Assembly (NCBI GenBank): GCA_965215235.1
Contig: OZ244053.1
Coordinates: 2,471,192-2,535,191 of the forward strand
Reading direction: 5' to 3'
DNA: 64,000 nt
Source: Terriglobia bacterium
Lineage (GTDB): Bacteria; Acidobacteriota; Terriglobia; Versatilivoradales; Versatilivoraceae
Numbering within the stretch: position 1 is the first letter of the stretch; each line of letters starts with the position of its first letter. The notes under the pieces are model-generated. The model made no database searches and had not been told where the DNA came from. It was given only the letters and a program-made list of their open reading frames with translations. This document shows, in pieces, positions 53,636 through 63,247 of this stretch. A program made the position numbers and the translations under genes.

Positions 53636-55003
53636 TCAGTCGCGGCCAGCCTCCCTGACTGCGTGGTTGTCTTGCAGCGAGGCACGGAGGATTTCCTTGT
53701 CGTTGCGGGCGAAAATGTGCCGATTCGCATAGGCGGGGTGCGACCAGTTGACAGCGCCGGCCTCACGCCGGCCAATGCCAAAGCGCGAGGTAGGAGTGAT
53801 CAGGTCGGTCCGACTGATCTCCTCATAGCCCGAAGGCGAAAGCTTGGCGATGATCAACTCGCCCCGGTCGTTGGAGATGAAATACCGGTCCCGGTGGCGG
53901 ACCAGGAAACCCGAGGCCCAGCGAGCCTTTTCCCCGGTCACGGCCAGCGTCTCCCACAGCCGCTTGCCGGTCTTGGCGCTCAGACACCGGAGATGTCCAT
54001 AGCTGCCAATCCCGTAGACGTAATCCCCTGCGATCACCGGCGTGCTGATCAGGGAGTGAAGCGTGTCCGTTTCGATCTCACTGTCGCTGTTTCCGCGCCA
54101 GAGCAGGCGGGCCGCGGGGGATTGGGCCTCGAGCTGAAGCATCATCGAACCGTTCATGAATGCGGTGACCAGCAAGCGGGAACCGCTGAACACGGGGGTA
54201 GCGACGGATAAGCCTTTGTCGACCCGGAAAGGCTGTTGCCAAAGGATCTCACCCGTTTGGGGGTCGAGAGCGCTCACGGCTTGGGGGTGCCAGACGATAA
54301 GCTGCCGATGCCCGCCCGCCGAGACGAGAATGGGAGGGGCGTAACCGGGCTCCGAGTCTGAAGGCAGGGCGCGCCAGAGTTCCTGGCCGGTCTGCTTGTC
54401 GAAGGCCACCACCTTGGCCTCATCTCGCCCTCCCACCAGAGCGATCAGGCGGGGGCCATCCACCAGGGGAGCTCCCACCATTCCCCAGACGGGGACGTCA
54501 GTCTGATAATCTCGAACGAAATCTTTTTGCCACAGGACCTCTCCGGTGTCCGAACGGAGACACCGCAAGGCTCCCTTGGCGCCCAGGGCGTAGACGCGCT
54601 CGCCATCCACGGTTGGAGTGGCTCGGGGACCGATGGCATAGCTGCCGGACAGTCCGGTGTAGTCCACTTTCCAGGACCGGGTCCAGAGGCGGCGGCCGCT
54701 GCTCTCGTCCAGAGCCACCAGCCGCTCGGTTCCTTGGCGGCTGGTTTCGGCCAGGAAATCCATCACGAAGACTCGGCCGTCGGCGACGGCAGGGCCGGCG
54801 TAGCCTCCGCCCAGCGACTCCCGCCATTTCACCTGAAGACCCGAGTCTGGAAATTGCTTCAGAATGCCGTGGTCGCGCCAAACCCCGAGCCGCCCCTTAC
54901 CCCGCCATTCGGGCCAGTCTGCCGCCGGGGTCGGAGCAACCAGACAGACCGCCAGCAGGAGAGGGGTAAAACCCAAGGTTCGGATCGAAGAATCAGTAAA
55001 CAT
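53636..55003 (-). CDS. Secreted PQQ-like beta-propeller repeat protein (BamB-like fold)
   Basis: Signal peptide and repeated 'G.vyalda.tG..lW' propeller blades. Confidence 0.65.
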   Translation of the reverse strand: MFTDSSIRTLGFTPLLLAVCLVAPTPAADWPEWRGKGRLGVWRDHGILKQFPDSGLQVKWRESLGGGYAGPAVADGRVFVMDFLAETSRQGTERLVALDESSGRRLWTRSWKVDYTGLSGSYAIGPRATPTVDGERVYALGAKGALRCLRSDTGEVLWQKDFVRDYQTDVPVWGMVGAPLVDGPRLIALVGGRDEAKVVAFDKQTGQELWRALPSDSEPGYAPPILVSAGGHRQLIVWHPQAVSALDPQTGEILWQQPFRVDKGLSVATPVFSGSRLLVTAFMNGSMMLQLEAQSPAARLLWRGNSDSEIETDTLHSLISTPVIAGDYVYGIGSYGHLRCLSAKTGKRLWETLAVTGEKARWASGFLVRHRDRYFISNDRGELIIAKLSPSGYEEISRTDLITPTSRFGIGRREAGAVNWSHPAYANRHIFARNDKEILRASLQDNHAVREAGRD

Positions 55004-55045
55004 GAAGCCCCTCTGCCGCTGGCGTCCGAGCTGCGATGCAAATCG

Positions 55046-55951
55046 TCAGCGCATGTGCCATGGCGAGGTCAACGGCTTGGCGCTATTCAACTCACCGTAT
55101 CCGATTCCGGTCGTCCCCCTGGGGTCCGGTCCAAAGTAGCGATCGTCCAGGGGATCGGCCGCCGGCTGAAAGCGAACGTCGCAGGAAAGCCGCACTCGCC
55201 CCGCCTCGGAACGATTGTCGAGTGAGCCGTGCAAGGTGTGCATTCCGAAAACGGCCAAGTCCCCCGGGTGAAAGTCGGTGGTCAGCAGCTTGACCCGGCG
55301 CTGCCGGGCCAGGGTGACCGCATCCGTTTCCACCATCACTCGTGGGGAGGCTGTGGAGTCGTAGTCGATGCTTCGAGCTCGATCGATCAGGTCTGAAAAC
55401 CGGTTGGAGCCCTGAACCACCACCAGGGGACCCTCCTCGAGGGGAACCTCCCCCAGGGCCAACCACACCGTGTGAATGCGCTGCGAGCCCCTGGCGAAGA
55501 ACGGATGGTCGTAGTGAAGGTCGGTGGAGCGGCCAGGGGGAGCCACTCGGATGAAGAGGTAGTCCTGGGGTCTGCTGGGTTCCCCAAAAACCCGATCCAT
55601 GATCTCGCGAAGCTGAATGCCGTGGGTCACCTGCCGAATCAATGGACCCTCGCTCACCGACTTCCAGAAAGCGCCCAGTCCCTCGGGTCGCTCGAGCCGT
55701 CGACTCGTCCCGGAAAAGACGCCCCGGATAGCCGGCGGTTCAATCTCACCCACGTCCATCAAGGCTTCCAAGATCTCCTGGCGCGCCGCCAGCACACAGT
55801 CTTGATCCAGCACTTGCCGCAGGAGCAAGTACCCCTCGTTTTTGAGACGCCGCTGCAACTCGGGGGGATCGGCGAGGCAGCCGGAGCTGTCGCTCAGCTC
55901 GCCCATGACCTCTTGGGGGATCGGTTGTTCCTGAACCACACACTCTCGCAC
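55046..55951 (-). CDS. Phytanoyl-CoA dioxygenase (PhyH) family Fe(II)/2OG oxygenase
   Basis: 'TDLHYDHPFF' with an upstream His/Asp, and a later His region consistent with PhyH. Weak family call. Confidence 0.5.
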   Translation of the reverse strand: MRECVVQEQPIPQEVMGELSDSSGCLADPPELQRRLKNEGYLLLRQVLDQDCVLAARQEILEALMDVGEIEPPAIRGVFSGTSRRLERPEGLGAFWKSVSEGPLIRQVTHGIQLREIMDRVFGEPSRPQDYLFIRVAPPGRSTDLHYDHPFFARGSQRIHTVWLALGEVPLEEGPLVVVQGSNRFSDLIDRARSIDYDSTASPRVMVETDAVTLARQRRVKLLTTDFHPGDLAVFGMHTLHGSLDNRSEAGRVRLSCDVRFQPAADPLDDRYFGPDPRGTTGIGYGELNSAKPLTSPWHMR

Positions 55952-56327
55952 CGCGGGGACACCTCCTGTTCGAATAGGAACGCCATTCTACTCGGAAACC
56001 CCAGGAAGAGAAAGCAGAACGTCCTGAAAGCTCATACAAGGTTTGCAGGGCGTGACTCGCTTTGGTTATGCTGATCTTTGGTAGTCCCGCCGGCGTTTCT
56101 TGTCAGAGACTGGGATTCTCGGCAGGGACTCTGCTGCGCTGCCAAGTTCTCCTCCTGACCCCAGGGGAGCTTGGCAACGTCCGCATCCTGTCGCCGTCTC
56201 GGAAGTCAATGAGAGCGAGCTTCCCTGGCCAATCTCAGGTAGACGGTTCTCGCCCGATCGAACTGACCCAGAACGTGCTCTTTCTCCTTTGACGATCTCC
56301 AATCCGGCCACCGAGTCGCCAGTTCCT

Positions 56328-58823
56328 TCAGCCGGTCGATCCAATCCAGGAAGTACTCTGCCGAGCGGAGGTTGCGGATCTTTTGGTTTCCAACGTAGAC
56401 CCGGATGGCGTTGGTCGAGGCCATCGGATAGGAGGTCTCCAAGGGGTGAGAGTGCCGGGGGGCCCGGTGGCCGTCAAGGTGAACCAGCCGCTTTCCCTGA
56501 CCTCGAGAGTTTCCCGAAAGGAAGCCGAGGTTTGCCCACCGGTGAGTGGAATCTCTTTGAGGACCCTCCCGTTGTGGTAGACAGTCACCGTCGCCAGAGG
56601 GGTTATGGACCAGACGTTGCCCTCCAGTCGGATATTTCTCCCATTTTCGGGCAAGTTCAATAGGTCACCGGGAATCCGATCGTTTATGCGAAAGTCCAGC
56701 AGCGGACCGCTGCTGAAAAAGGTCCGCCCCTTTTTGATCGACTCGAGCCAGGACTCCGCGTTCAGCTGACCTTCCAGATAGACGTAGGTCCTGAAGGCGC
56801 CGGGTAAGCGGGATCGGTGCAAGTCGGTGATGGCGTCTTCGCCCCCCACCGGCGTGATGCCCAGGTCGTTGTTCAAGGTGTGGTGCCAAACCCGCAGGGC
56901 CGCAGAGCTGGCCGCCGACCACTCCAGGGTGTCGACAGTTCCCAGAGCCGCATCCACCGGGAAGGCCTTGGCCTGTCCCAGATCCTCCTGCAGGGGATCG
57001 GTCTCCCCGCCGTAGCTGTGGACATAGCCCACGACAGCTTCTTGGGATCGGGCTTTGCGGAACATGTCTGTGTTGCTGGGATAGAGGCTTTCAATGGCTG
57101 TTCCTTCGTAGCCGGTGGTGAAGGGCGAAATCAGGTGATCTCGAAGTCCCAACAGAGAGACGTGGCCATGAAAGGGGGGACGGTACTCCTCGCCCACAAT
57201 CACCACCATATGGGGATCCGATGCGGAGACGGGATGCTCGGTCCGGCCCGGGACGAAGGAGTCCCAATCCAGGATGCGGTTGTCCTTATTGGCGATCAGT
57301 TCACAGACTACCTCCTGGTCCTCGGCCCTGGACATGAACATCAGGTTCTGCAAGGTATTGCGTAGATTGCCGCCGTAGTTCATGTGCACGTGAGTCGATC
57401 CGCTGAACCATCCCCGGGCTGCCATATCGATCATCGACGAAAGCTTCAGGCTGACTCGGGAAACCTGGCCGGCTTGGATTGCCACTTCTTGTTGCGTGGG
57501 CCAGTACTCCAGACCTTTGACGGCCTCGATGGTCATTTTGCCCGGAGGCGCCGTCATCTCGAAATCCCCATCGGTATGAAAAAGGGGCTCGCCCAAGGTG
57601 CTGATTCGAGCATAGCTGGCTCGAGGGGGGTAAAATTTTCCATCCGCCGCCCTTCCATAGATTCGGGCAGCCGTTTTCCGGCCGCTGCCGAGGTCGCGTA
57701 CCTCTACCTGTAAAGTGCCCATCGGGCGCTTCCAGTGATATTTCTGAAGCTGCACCTTTTTTCTCTTGCCTCCGTAGGTTTCCATCAGCCACAACTGGGG
57801 CAAGCCGGGGCCGGAGGGGAGCGGAGGCCGGTTTGAAATGTAAGCGATCCATTCTCCGTCTGGAGACCAACGGGGGTGGAAGTCGTCGTAAGAGCCAAAG
57901 CTCAGCTTATAAGGCGCTCCGCCGGTGGTGGGAAGCACATACAGGTGATTGAATTGGTCGGCGGTGCCGCCTGTGGACGAATAGATGAAGCGTTTCCCGT
58001 CGGGGGAGACATGAGGCCGAGTCCGGTAGAGGCTCTGTTCCTTCAAAATGGGTTGGGCTTTGCGAATGCCCAGCCGTTCTGCCGGCATTCGCCACACGTG
58101 TCCCGACCCCAGCGGAACGTTGCGATTCGACACCAAAAGCAGTTCCTTCCCATTCGGCATCCAGGTGGGTTGAATGTGCATGTCCCATTGGCCAAAGTAG
58201 AGCCGCTTTTTTCCATAGGAGTGGTCCTCGGTGAGTGGAATGGCCTTGCCGGCCCATCGCCCCTGTTGGATAGGGCGAACATGGATATTGAAATATCCGT
58301 TGGGCTCCGTGGAAACGTAGGCCAACTGGCACCCGTTCGGCGAAAAGGTTGGATCGGTGTAAAGGTTCGAGTCGTTGGTGAGCGGGTGGGATTCGCCGGT
58401 TTCCACGTTCAGAATTTGAAGTTGAATGGTTCGCCCCCCGTGATCAGCGGTGTAAACGATCCACTTGCCGTCGGGGGACCAGTCGGGAGAGGAGTGATAG
58501 TGTTGATCGTAGGTCAGTTCATAGGCTTCGGAAGTTGCCAGGTCGATGCCCCAGATCGAGCCGTACAGGCCAACGGCGATCTGCCTTCCGTCAGGAGACC
58601 AGGAGGGTGACCAGGGTGTCGTGCCGGGTGCGGGAGGGAAGTAATAGTTGAACATGTAGTTGCCGCCGTGCCTGGAAGCAGGATAGGTTTGCCTGGGTTG
58701 GGGCGGCGCTTGGCGAGCTGAACCCGGTCGTTGAATTGGGGTAGTCGAGAGACTGGAGGGCAGACTTCCAATGGCAAAGAGGACGATCCAGAGGGCTGGA
58801 GAGATTCGAGGCGCTGTGTTCAA
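56328..58823 (-). CDS. TolB-like PD40 beta-propeller protein with C-terminal metal-dependent hydrolase-like domain
   Basis: Signal peptide. Repeated 'SPDWSPDGKWIVY'/'PTFSPNGCQLAYVS' PD40 repeats. C-terminal 'GSTHVHMNYGG' HxH region. Confidence 0.6.
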   Translation of the reverse strand: MNTAPRISPALWIVLFAIGSLPSSLSTTPIQRPGSARQAPPQPRQTYPASRHGGNYMFNYYFPPAPGTTPWSPSWSPDGRQIAVGLYGSIWGIDLATSEAYELTYDQHYHSSPDWSPDGKWIVYTADHGGRTIQLQILNVETGESHPLTNDSNLYTDPTFSPNGCQLAYVSTEPNGYFNIHVRPIQQGRWAGKAIPLTEDHSYGKKRLYFGQWDMHIQPTWMPNGKELLLVSNRNVPLGSGHVWRMPAERLGIRKAQPILKEQSLYRTRPHVSPDGKRFIYSSTGGTADQFNHLYVLPTTGGAPYKLSFGSYDDFHPRWSPDGEWIAYISNRPPLPSGPGLPQLWLMETYGGKRKKVQLQKYHWKRPMGTLQVEVRDLGSGRKTAARIYGRAADGKFYPPRASYARISTLGEPLFHTDGDFEMTAPPGKMTIEAVKGLEYWPTQQEVAIQAGQVSRVSLKLSSMIDMAARGWFSGSTHVHMNYGGNLRNTLQNLMFMSRAEDQEVVCELIANKDNRILDWDSFVPGRTEHPVSASDPHMVVIVGEEYRPPFHGHVSLLGLRDHLISPFTTGYEGTAIESLYPSNTDMFRKARSQEAVVGYVHSYGGETDPLQEDLGQAKAFPVDAALGTVDTLEWSAASSAALRVWHHTLNNDLGITPVGGEDAITDLHRSRLPGAFRTYVYLEGQLNAESWLESIKKGRTFFSSGPLLDFRINDRIPGDLLNLPENGRNIRLEGNVWSITPLATVTVYHNGRVLKEIPLTGGQTSASFRETLEVRESGWFTLTATGPPGTLTPWRPPIRWPRPTPSGSTLETKRSATSARQSTSWIGSTG

Positions 58824-59053
58824 GACCAGGTATTCCTTTGTCGATGTCGACTGAGGCAGTCCGAGCGCAGTTTAATACAAACTTTTTCTTTTTGTCTGCT
58901 TTTTCCGCTTGCCGGCAGGAACCGGCGCGAGGCTCAGATCCGGGGCGGATCGGGTTCGGCGATGACCGGACCACGTTTTCCGGTTGGCCTGAAGGGGACT
59001 CTGGGATATCTTCAGGAAAACGTTTGAGGGCGGCTGTGAGCCGGGGAGGCGCC

Positions 59054-60610
59054 ATGAATCTGAAAACCTGGGTTCGTTCAAGGCTGGTCTTGTGTCTTGC
59101 TTGCGTTGTATTGCCCCCTTTGGGGGCTCTTCTGCTCTGGATCAGACCCAGTCTGACCTTGACGGCGAAATCTCTCCTCACTTTACCCCTCTTGGCAATG
59201 GGCGCTTTCCAACTGGTCTTTTTCTTTGGACTCCGCCTGGAGTTTGATGGCAGCGGCGTTTTCCCTCTCCTGTCGTTTCACGAACCCAATGCCCATTATG
59301 ACGAGCTCGAACTCAGCCGGCGGAAGCAGCCGGTCGCAGACGCCAGCTCGATCCTCCAAACTGGAGCGTCCAGCGATGGTGAGCTGAAATCGCCCGCGGC
59401 CAATTTCGACTCCGGGGCGACCGGGCATGGCTCCACTGCCGCATTGGCCGCAAGCGGCTGGACCGATTTTCGAGGGCCAAAGCGCGACGGCCATTATCGG
59501 GAAATGCCCGTCCTGACCCGCTGGCCTCGGCAAGGACTGAAACCCCTTTGGCGGCAGCCCGTGGGCGGCGGTTACGCCTCCTTTGTCCTGGCCGGGGGGC
59601 GGGCCTTCACCATTGAGCAACGTCGCCATCAAGAGGTGGCGGCTGCTTATGATGTGAAGACAGGGACTGAGATCTGGACTTATTCCTGGGATGCATCGTT
59701 TCAAGAATCCTTGGGCGGGGACGGACCCCGCGCCACTCCCACCTGGGACGCAGGTCGGATCTACGCTCTTGGAGCCACCGGCGAACTCCACTGCCTGGAT
59801 GCAAAACAGGGAACGTTGATCTGGTCCCGAAACATCTTACAGGACAATCAGGCGAGCAACCTGACTTGGGGCATGTCGGCTTCGCCCCTGATCGTTGAGG
59901 AGAAGGTCATCGTTTTGCCGGGAGGCCCCGGCGGCAAGTCGGTAGTTGCCTATCACAAGGAGACAGGAGCGCCTTTGTGGAAAGCGCTGGATGACAAGCA
60001 GGCCTATACCTCGCCCATGTGGGTGACCTTGGCGGGCAGACCACAGCTCCTGATTGTGAGCGCCAAGCGGATGATGGGACTTTCAGCCGAAGACGGATCC
60101 CTTCTCTGGGATTATCCCTGGGTCACCGACTATGGCATCAACAGCGCCCAGCCGATCGTGTTGGGAAAGAACCGAATCTTCATCTCGGCGGGCTATGGCC
60201 ATGGCGCGGCGGTGGTGGAAGTGAACCAAACGCCTCAAGGCTATCAGGCGAGAACCGTGTGGCAAAATCGCCGTATGAAGAACAAGTTCACCAGCTCGGT
60301 GCTCAGAGACGGATTCATATACGGCCTGGACGAAGCCATCCTGGCTTGCGTCCAGGCCGGGAGCGGCGAACTCCAGTGGAAGGGGGGCCGTTACGGGCAT
60401 GGCCAGGTGCTGCTGGCCGGCGGACACCTGATTGTCTTGACCGAGTCGGGCGATTTGGTTCTGGTTGAGGCCGATCCCGAACGGCGCCGGGAGTTGACTC
60501 GATTCTCGGCGATCCGTGGCAAGACCTGGAATCACCCGGCGATCTCCGGGGGACTGCTCCTGGTCCGGAATACCCGGGAGATGGCGTGTTTCGACCTGAG
60601 GTTGAGATAG
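59054..60610 (+). CDS. Membrane-anchored PQQ-like beta-propeller repeat protein
   Basis: N-terminal TM helices then eight-bladed propeller-type repeats ('GELHCLDAKQGTLIW'). ATG at 59054 after GGGAGG. Confidence 0.65.
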   Translation: MNLKTWVRSRLVLCLACVVLPPLGALLLWIRPSLTLTAKSLLTLPLLAMGAFQLVFFFGLRLEFDGSGVFPLLSFHEPNAHYDELELSRRKQPVADASSILQTGASSDGELKSPAANFDSGATGHGSTAALAASGWTDFRGPKRDGHYREMPVLTRWPRQGLKPLWRQPVGGGYASFVLAGGRAFTIEQRRHQEVAAAYDVKTGTEIWTYSWDASFQESLGGDGPRATPTWDAGRIYALGATGELHCLDAKQGTLIWSRNILQDNQASNLTWGMSASPLIVEEKVIVLPGGPGGKSVVAYHKETGAPLWKALDDKQAYTSPMWVTLAGRPQLLIVSAKRMMGLSAEDGSLLWDYPWVTDYGINSAQPIVLGKNRIFISAGYGHGAAVVEVNQTPQGYQARTVWQNRRMKNKFTSSVLRDGFIYGLDEAILACVQAGSGELQWKGGRYGHGQVLLAGGHLIVLTESGDLVLVEADPERRRELTRFSAIRGKTWNHPAISGGLLLVRNTREMACFDLRLR

Positions 60611-60624
60611 CATGAGCTGGAGGT

Positions 60625-61158
60625 ATGGCGAAGGCCCGGTCCATTGTTGATGAGCTGTGCAGAGTTGGGGTCACCGATCTGGTAGGATTGCCGGACAATT
60701 GCTCTGCTGCTTTGTTCGCCTTGTTGAAGAACTCCCGTGAGCCCGTCATCCGCCTGGTCACCCGAGAGGGGGAAGCCTTTGCCATGGCGGCGGGGCTTTG
60801 GATGGGGGGCCGGGCTCCGGCCGTTCTGATTCAGAACACCGGTTTGCTGGAGAGTGGAGACAGCCTTCGCGGCACGGTCATGCGCATGAGGGTTCCCCTG
60901 CTTTGCCTGATCACCTATCGCGGCTATGCCGGGATGGTGAAGGGGGGACCCCGGCCGCAGAAGCGCGACAGCCCGTTGCTGAGCCGTCCCGACCTGGACT
61001 CGGTAGCACTGCTCACTGAGCCCACCTTGCGAGCCTGGGGGTTGCCCTTCGATTACCTCCATACCGAAAAGGACGTGGCGAAAGTTGCTTCCTCGGTCGA
61101 GAAAGCCCATCGGTCATCGTCACCCGTTGCCCTCTTGGTGACTCAGGATATGACCTGA
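60625..61158 (+). CDS. TPP-enzyme N-terminal-domain protein (sulfopyruvate/phosphonopyruvate decarboxylase alpha-subunit-like), no adjacent beta subunit
   Basis: 177 aa with 'REGEAFAMAAGLWMGGRAPAVLIQNTGL', typical of TPP-pyrimidine-binding domains. Confidence 0.45.
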   Translation: MAKARSIVDELCRVGVTDLVGLPDNCSAALFALLKNSREPVIRLVTREGEAFAMAAGLWMGGRAPAVLIQNTGLLESGDSLRGTVMRMRVPLLCLITYRGYAGMVKGGPRPQKRDSPLLSRPDLDSVALLTEPTLRAWGLPFDYLHTEKDVAKVASSVEKAHRSSSPVALLVTQDMT

Positions 61159-61368
61159 GGAGAAGCACTGCCCCCAGCATGATTCCTGTCTGCTCGCCGG
61201 GCAGGGAGCCGGTATGGGAACTGCTGTAGAACCCTATCCCGGGCTCACCGGCTCGGGGTGAACGATGAGTGACCGCCCGAAGATAACCCAACAGAAACGG
61301 ATGGGATTCTTTGCCGATTGCAGTCGGCAGGAGTTTGAGCGGCGCGTTGGACGTCTCTCAGGGAAGCA

Positions 61369-62584
61369 ATGGAGCAATCCCAAGCGGATGGATTGCTCCT
61401 GACCCAGCAGACCAACGTGCGTTATGCCGCGGGATTTTATGAAGCAGGCCGGATTGTGCCAGCCTACTTCTACATGACCTTCGTTCCCAGAAAAGAGGAG
61501 CTTCCCTTAGCTGTTTTTTGTCCCGAGGGCGGGCAGATTCAGACGGAAGCTGCTTGGGTGGAGATGGTGATTCGAGGGGACTTTCCGGTTGGCTTCCATA
61601 CCGGCGACGTCGGTGACAGTCTGGTGCAGGCAACGGTGGCCTGGTTGAAGAAGATGGGACTGAGTCGGGCTCATATCGCCACTGAGCTGAGCGCCCATTT
61701 CCGCATGGGACTATCCGTCGAATGCTTTGATTGTATTCGGGCGGTCTTACCTGGGGAGCACTGGAGCGATTGTGGGGACATCATGTGGGCCGTGCGATGT
61801 ATCAAGTCTTCGGAGGAAGTACGACGACTGCGAGAGGCTTGCCGGATCTCCTGCCTGGGTGTGAAGGCCGGCTTTGAGGCGATCAGTGATGGAAAGAGCG
61901 AACGCGACATCGCCAACGTCATGGTGGCCACGATGCAGGCCGAAGGCGGCAGTCAAATCCACTTTCTGTCCCTCTACGCGGGACAGGACAGAGCCCTGTG
62001 GGCCGATTCGACCCCACGGCGGGAGATGATCATTCGTCCGGGCAGCCTGCTTCAGTTTGATGGCGGCTGCACCTACGATGGTTACTTTGCCGATTTCAAG
62101 CGGTTTGCCTGCCTGGGAGAGCCGACTGCTGATCAGCGCCGTGGTTTTGAGATCGCCAAGGCGAGTGAGCAGGCGGCGATGGAGGCCGTGAAGCCGGGCA
62201 CCCGTTTCGGGGAGGTCTACCAGGCTTCCCAAAGGGTCATTCGCGAAGCCGGCTATCCTGAGTTCGTCGATTGGCGCCAACGCATGGGCTGGTCCAGCAT
62301 CGGCCACAACCTCGGACTGGATATCCACGAGATGCCCGGGATTTCCATTGGGAGCCAGATGCAGGATCAGACCCGATAGGGTGCTCGCCGTGGAGCCTTT
62401 CTTTTACCACGGGGGGCGATATCCCCTTTGGGAAGTGAGCAACAAGTACGGATTGGAGGACGTGGTGTTGGTGACAGAGACCGGCTGTGAGATCCTGACC
62501 CCGGAGTCGATCATCGGTCGAGACATGTGGGTGGCCTGGCTCTTGGCGAGGTGGATTGCCGGAACCGCGCCGGCTGGCTTTTAG
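61369..62584 (+). CDS. M24 family peptidase (Xaa-Pro aminopeptidase/creatinase-like); apparent +1 C insertion at about 62372
   Basis: Creatinase-N domain then the M24 'pita-bread' core ('YDGYFADFKRF', 'IGHNLGLDIHEMP'). The terminal '...VLAVEPFFYHGG...' is in the next frame; deleting one C from 'ACCC' joins them. Confidence 0.65.
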
Positions 62585-62853
62585 GCAGGCGGGACTCCCT
62601 GGGAGACCGGATCGTTGGAAGTGCTCAACAAGCACTGCGAAGGGATTTCTCCAAAGGGATGTAGGGGCGGGTTCATTCATCAAGGTCGTTCCCACACCGA
62701 CAACCCTTTGGTTTCCCCTGGCTCCAAAACCGATTCATGCGGCTCCCAAAGAGGCAGAGGGAAAAGGAGCGATTTTAGAGTTCGACCAGCGAAGCTGTTT
62801 GCCTGCTCTTGCTGAACTCCAATGCGTTACTATTGATGGAATAGGTTCAGCAG

Positions 62854-63045
62854 ATGATTTCCCTGGAGGCAGCCAATGCGGCAATCCGCAACGTGTGGCA
62901 GCGACTCGCGTCCGAGTTTTCTCAGGAACTCTTATCGGGAACCTGTCGATACGGCGCTACCTTTGGCAGACTGGCGATTTCTCGCTCCGTAGCTTGGGCG
63001 AAGGTGTTCGGGTACGCGATGGACACGCTACCCTCCTTCGTCTGA
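62854..63045 (+). CDS. Possible small protein (63 aa) in an AT-richer intergenic block
   Basis: ORF only; weak RBS. Low confidence. Confidence 0.2.
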   Translation: MISLEAANAAIRNVWQRLASEFSQELLSGTCRYGATFGRLAISRSVAWAKVFGYAMDTLPSFV

Positions 63046-63247
63046 TGGGTTTTGGTCGGGAGAATTGGTTGGCCTCCCCTCATGATGGCCGTTTCCAACG
63101 GTTCACCGGCGTCGGGGGGATGGAAATGGTTGCCTGGACCTTGCTCGGGGCGATGGGGCCCCCCAACTTTCCTTGCTGGCCGGGGGTGTGGTCGGTGCAG
63201 GAGATCCAGCAGAGAACCTTCGAACGTTCCTCAAGGTGAGGTTGTGT

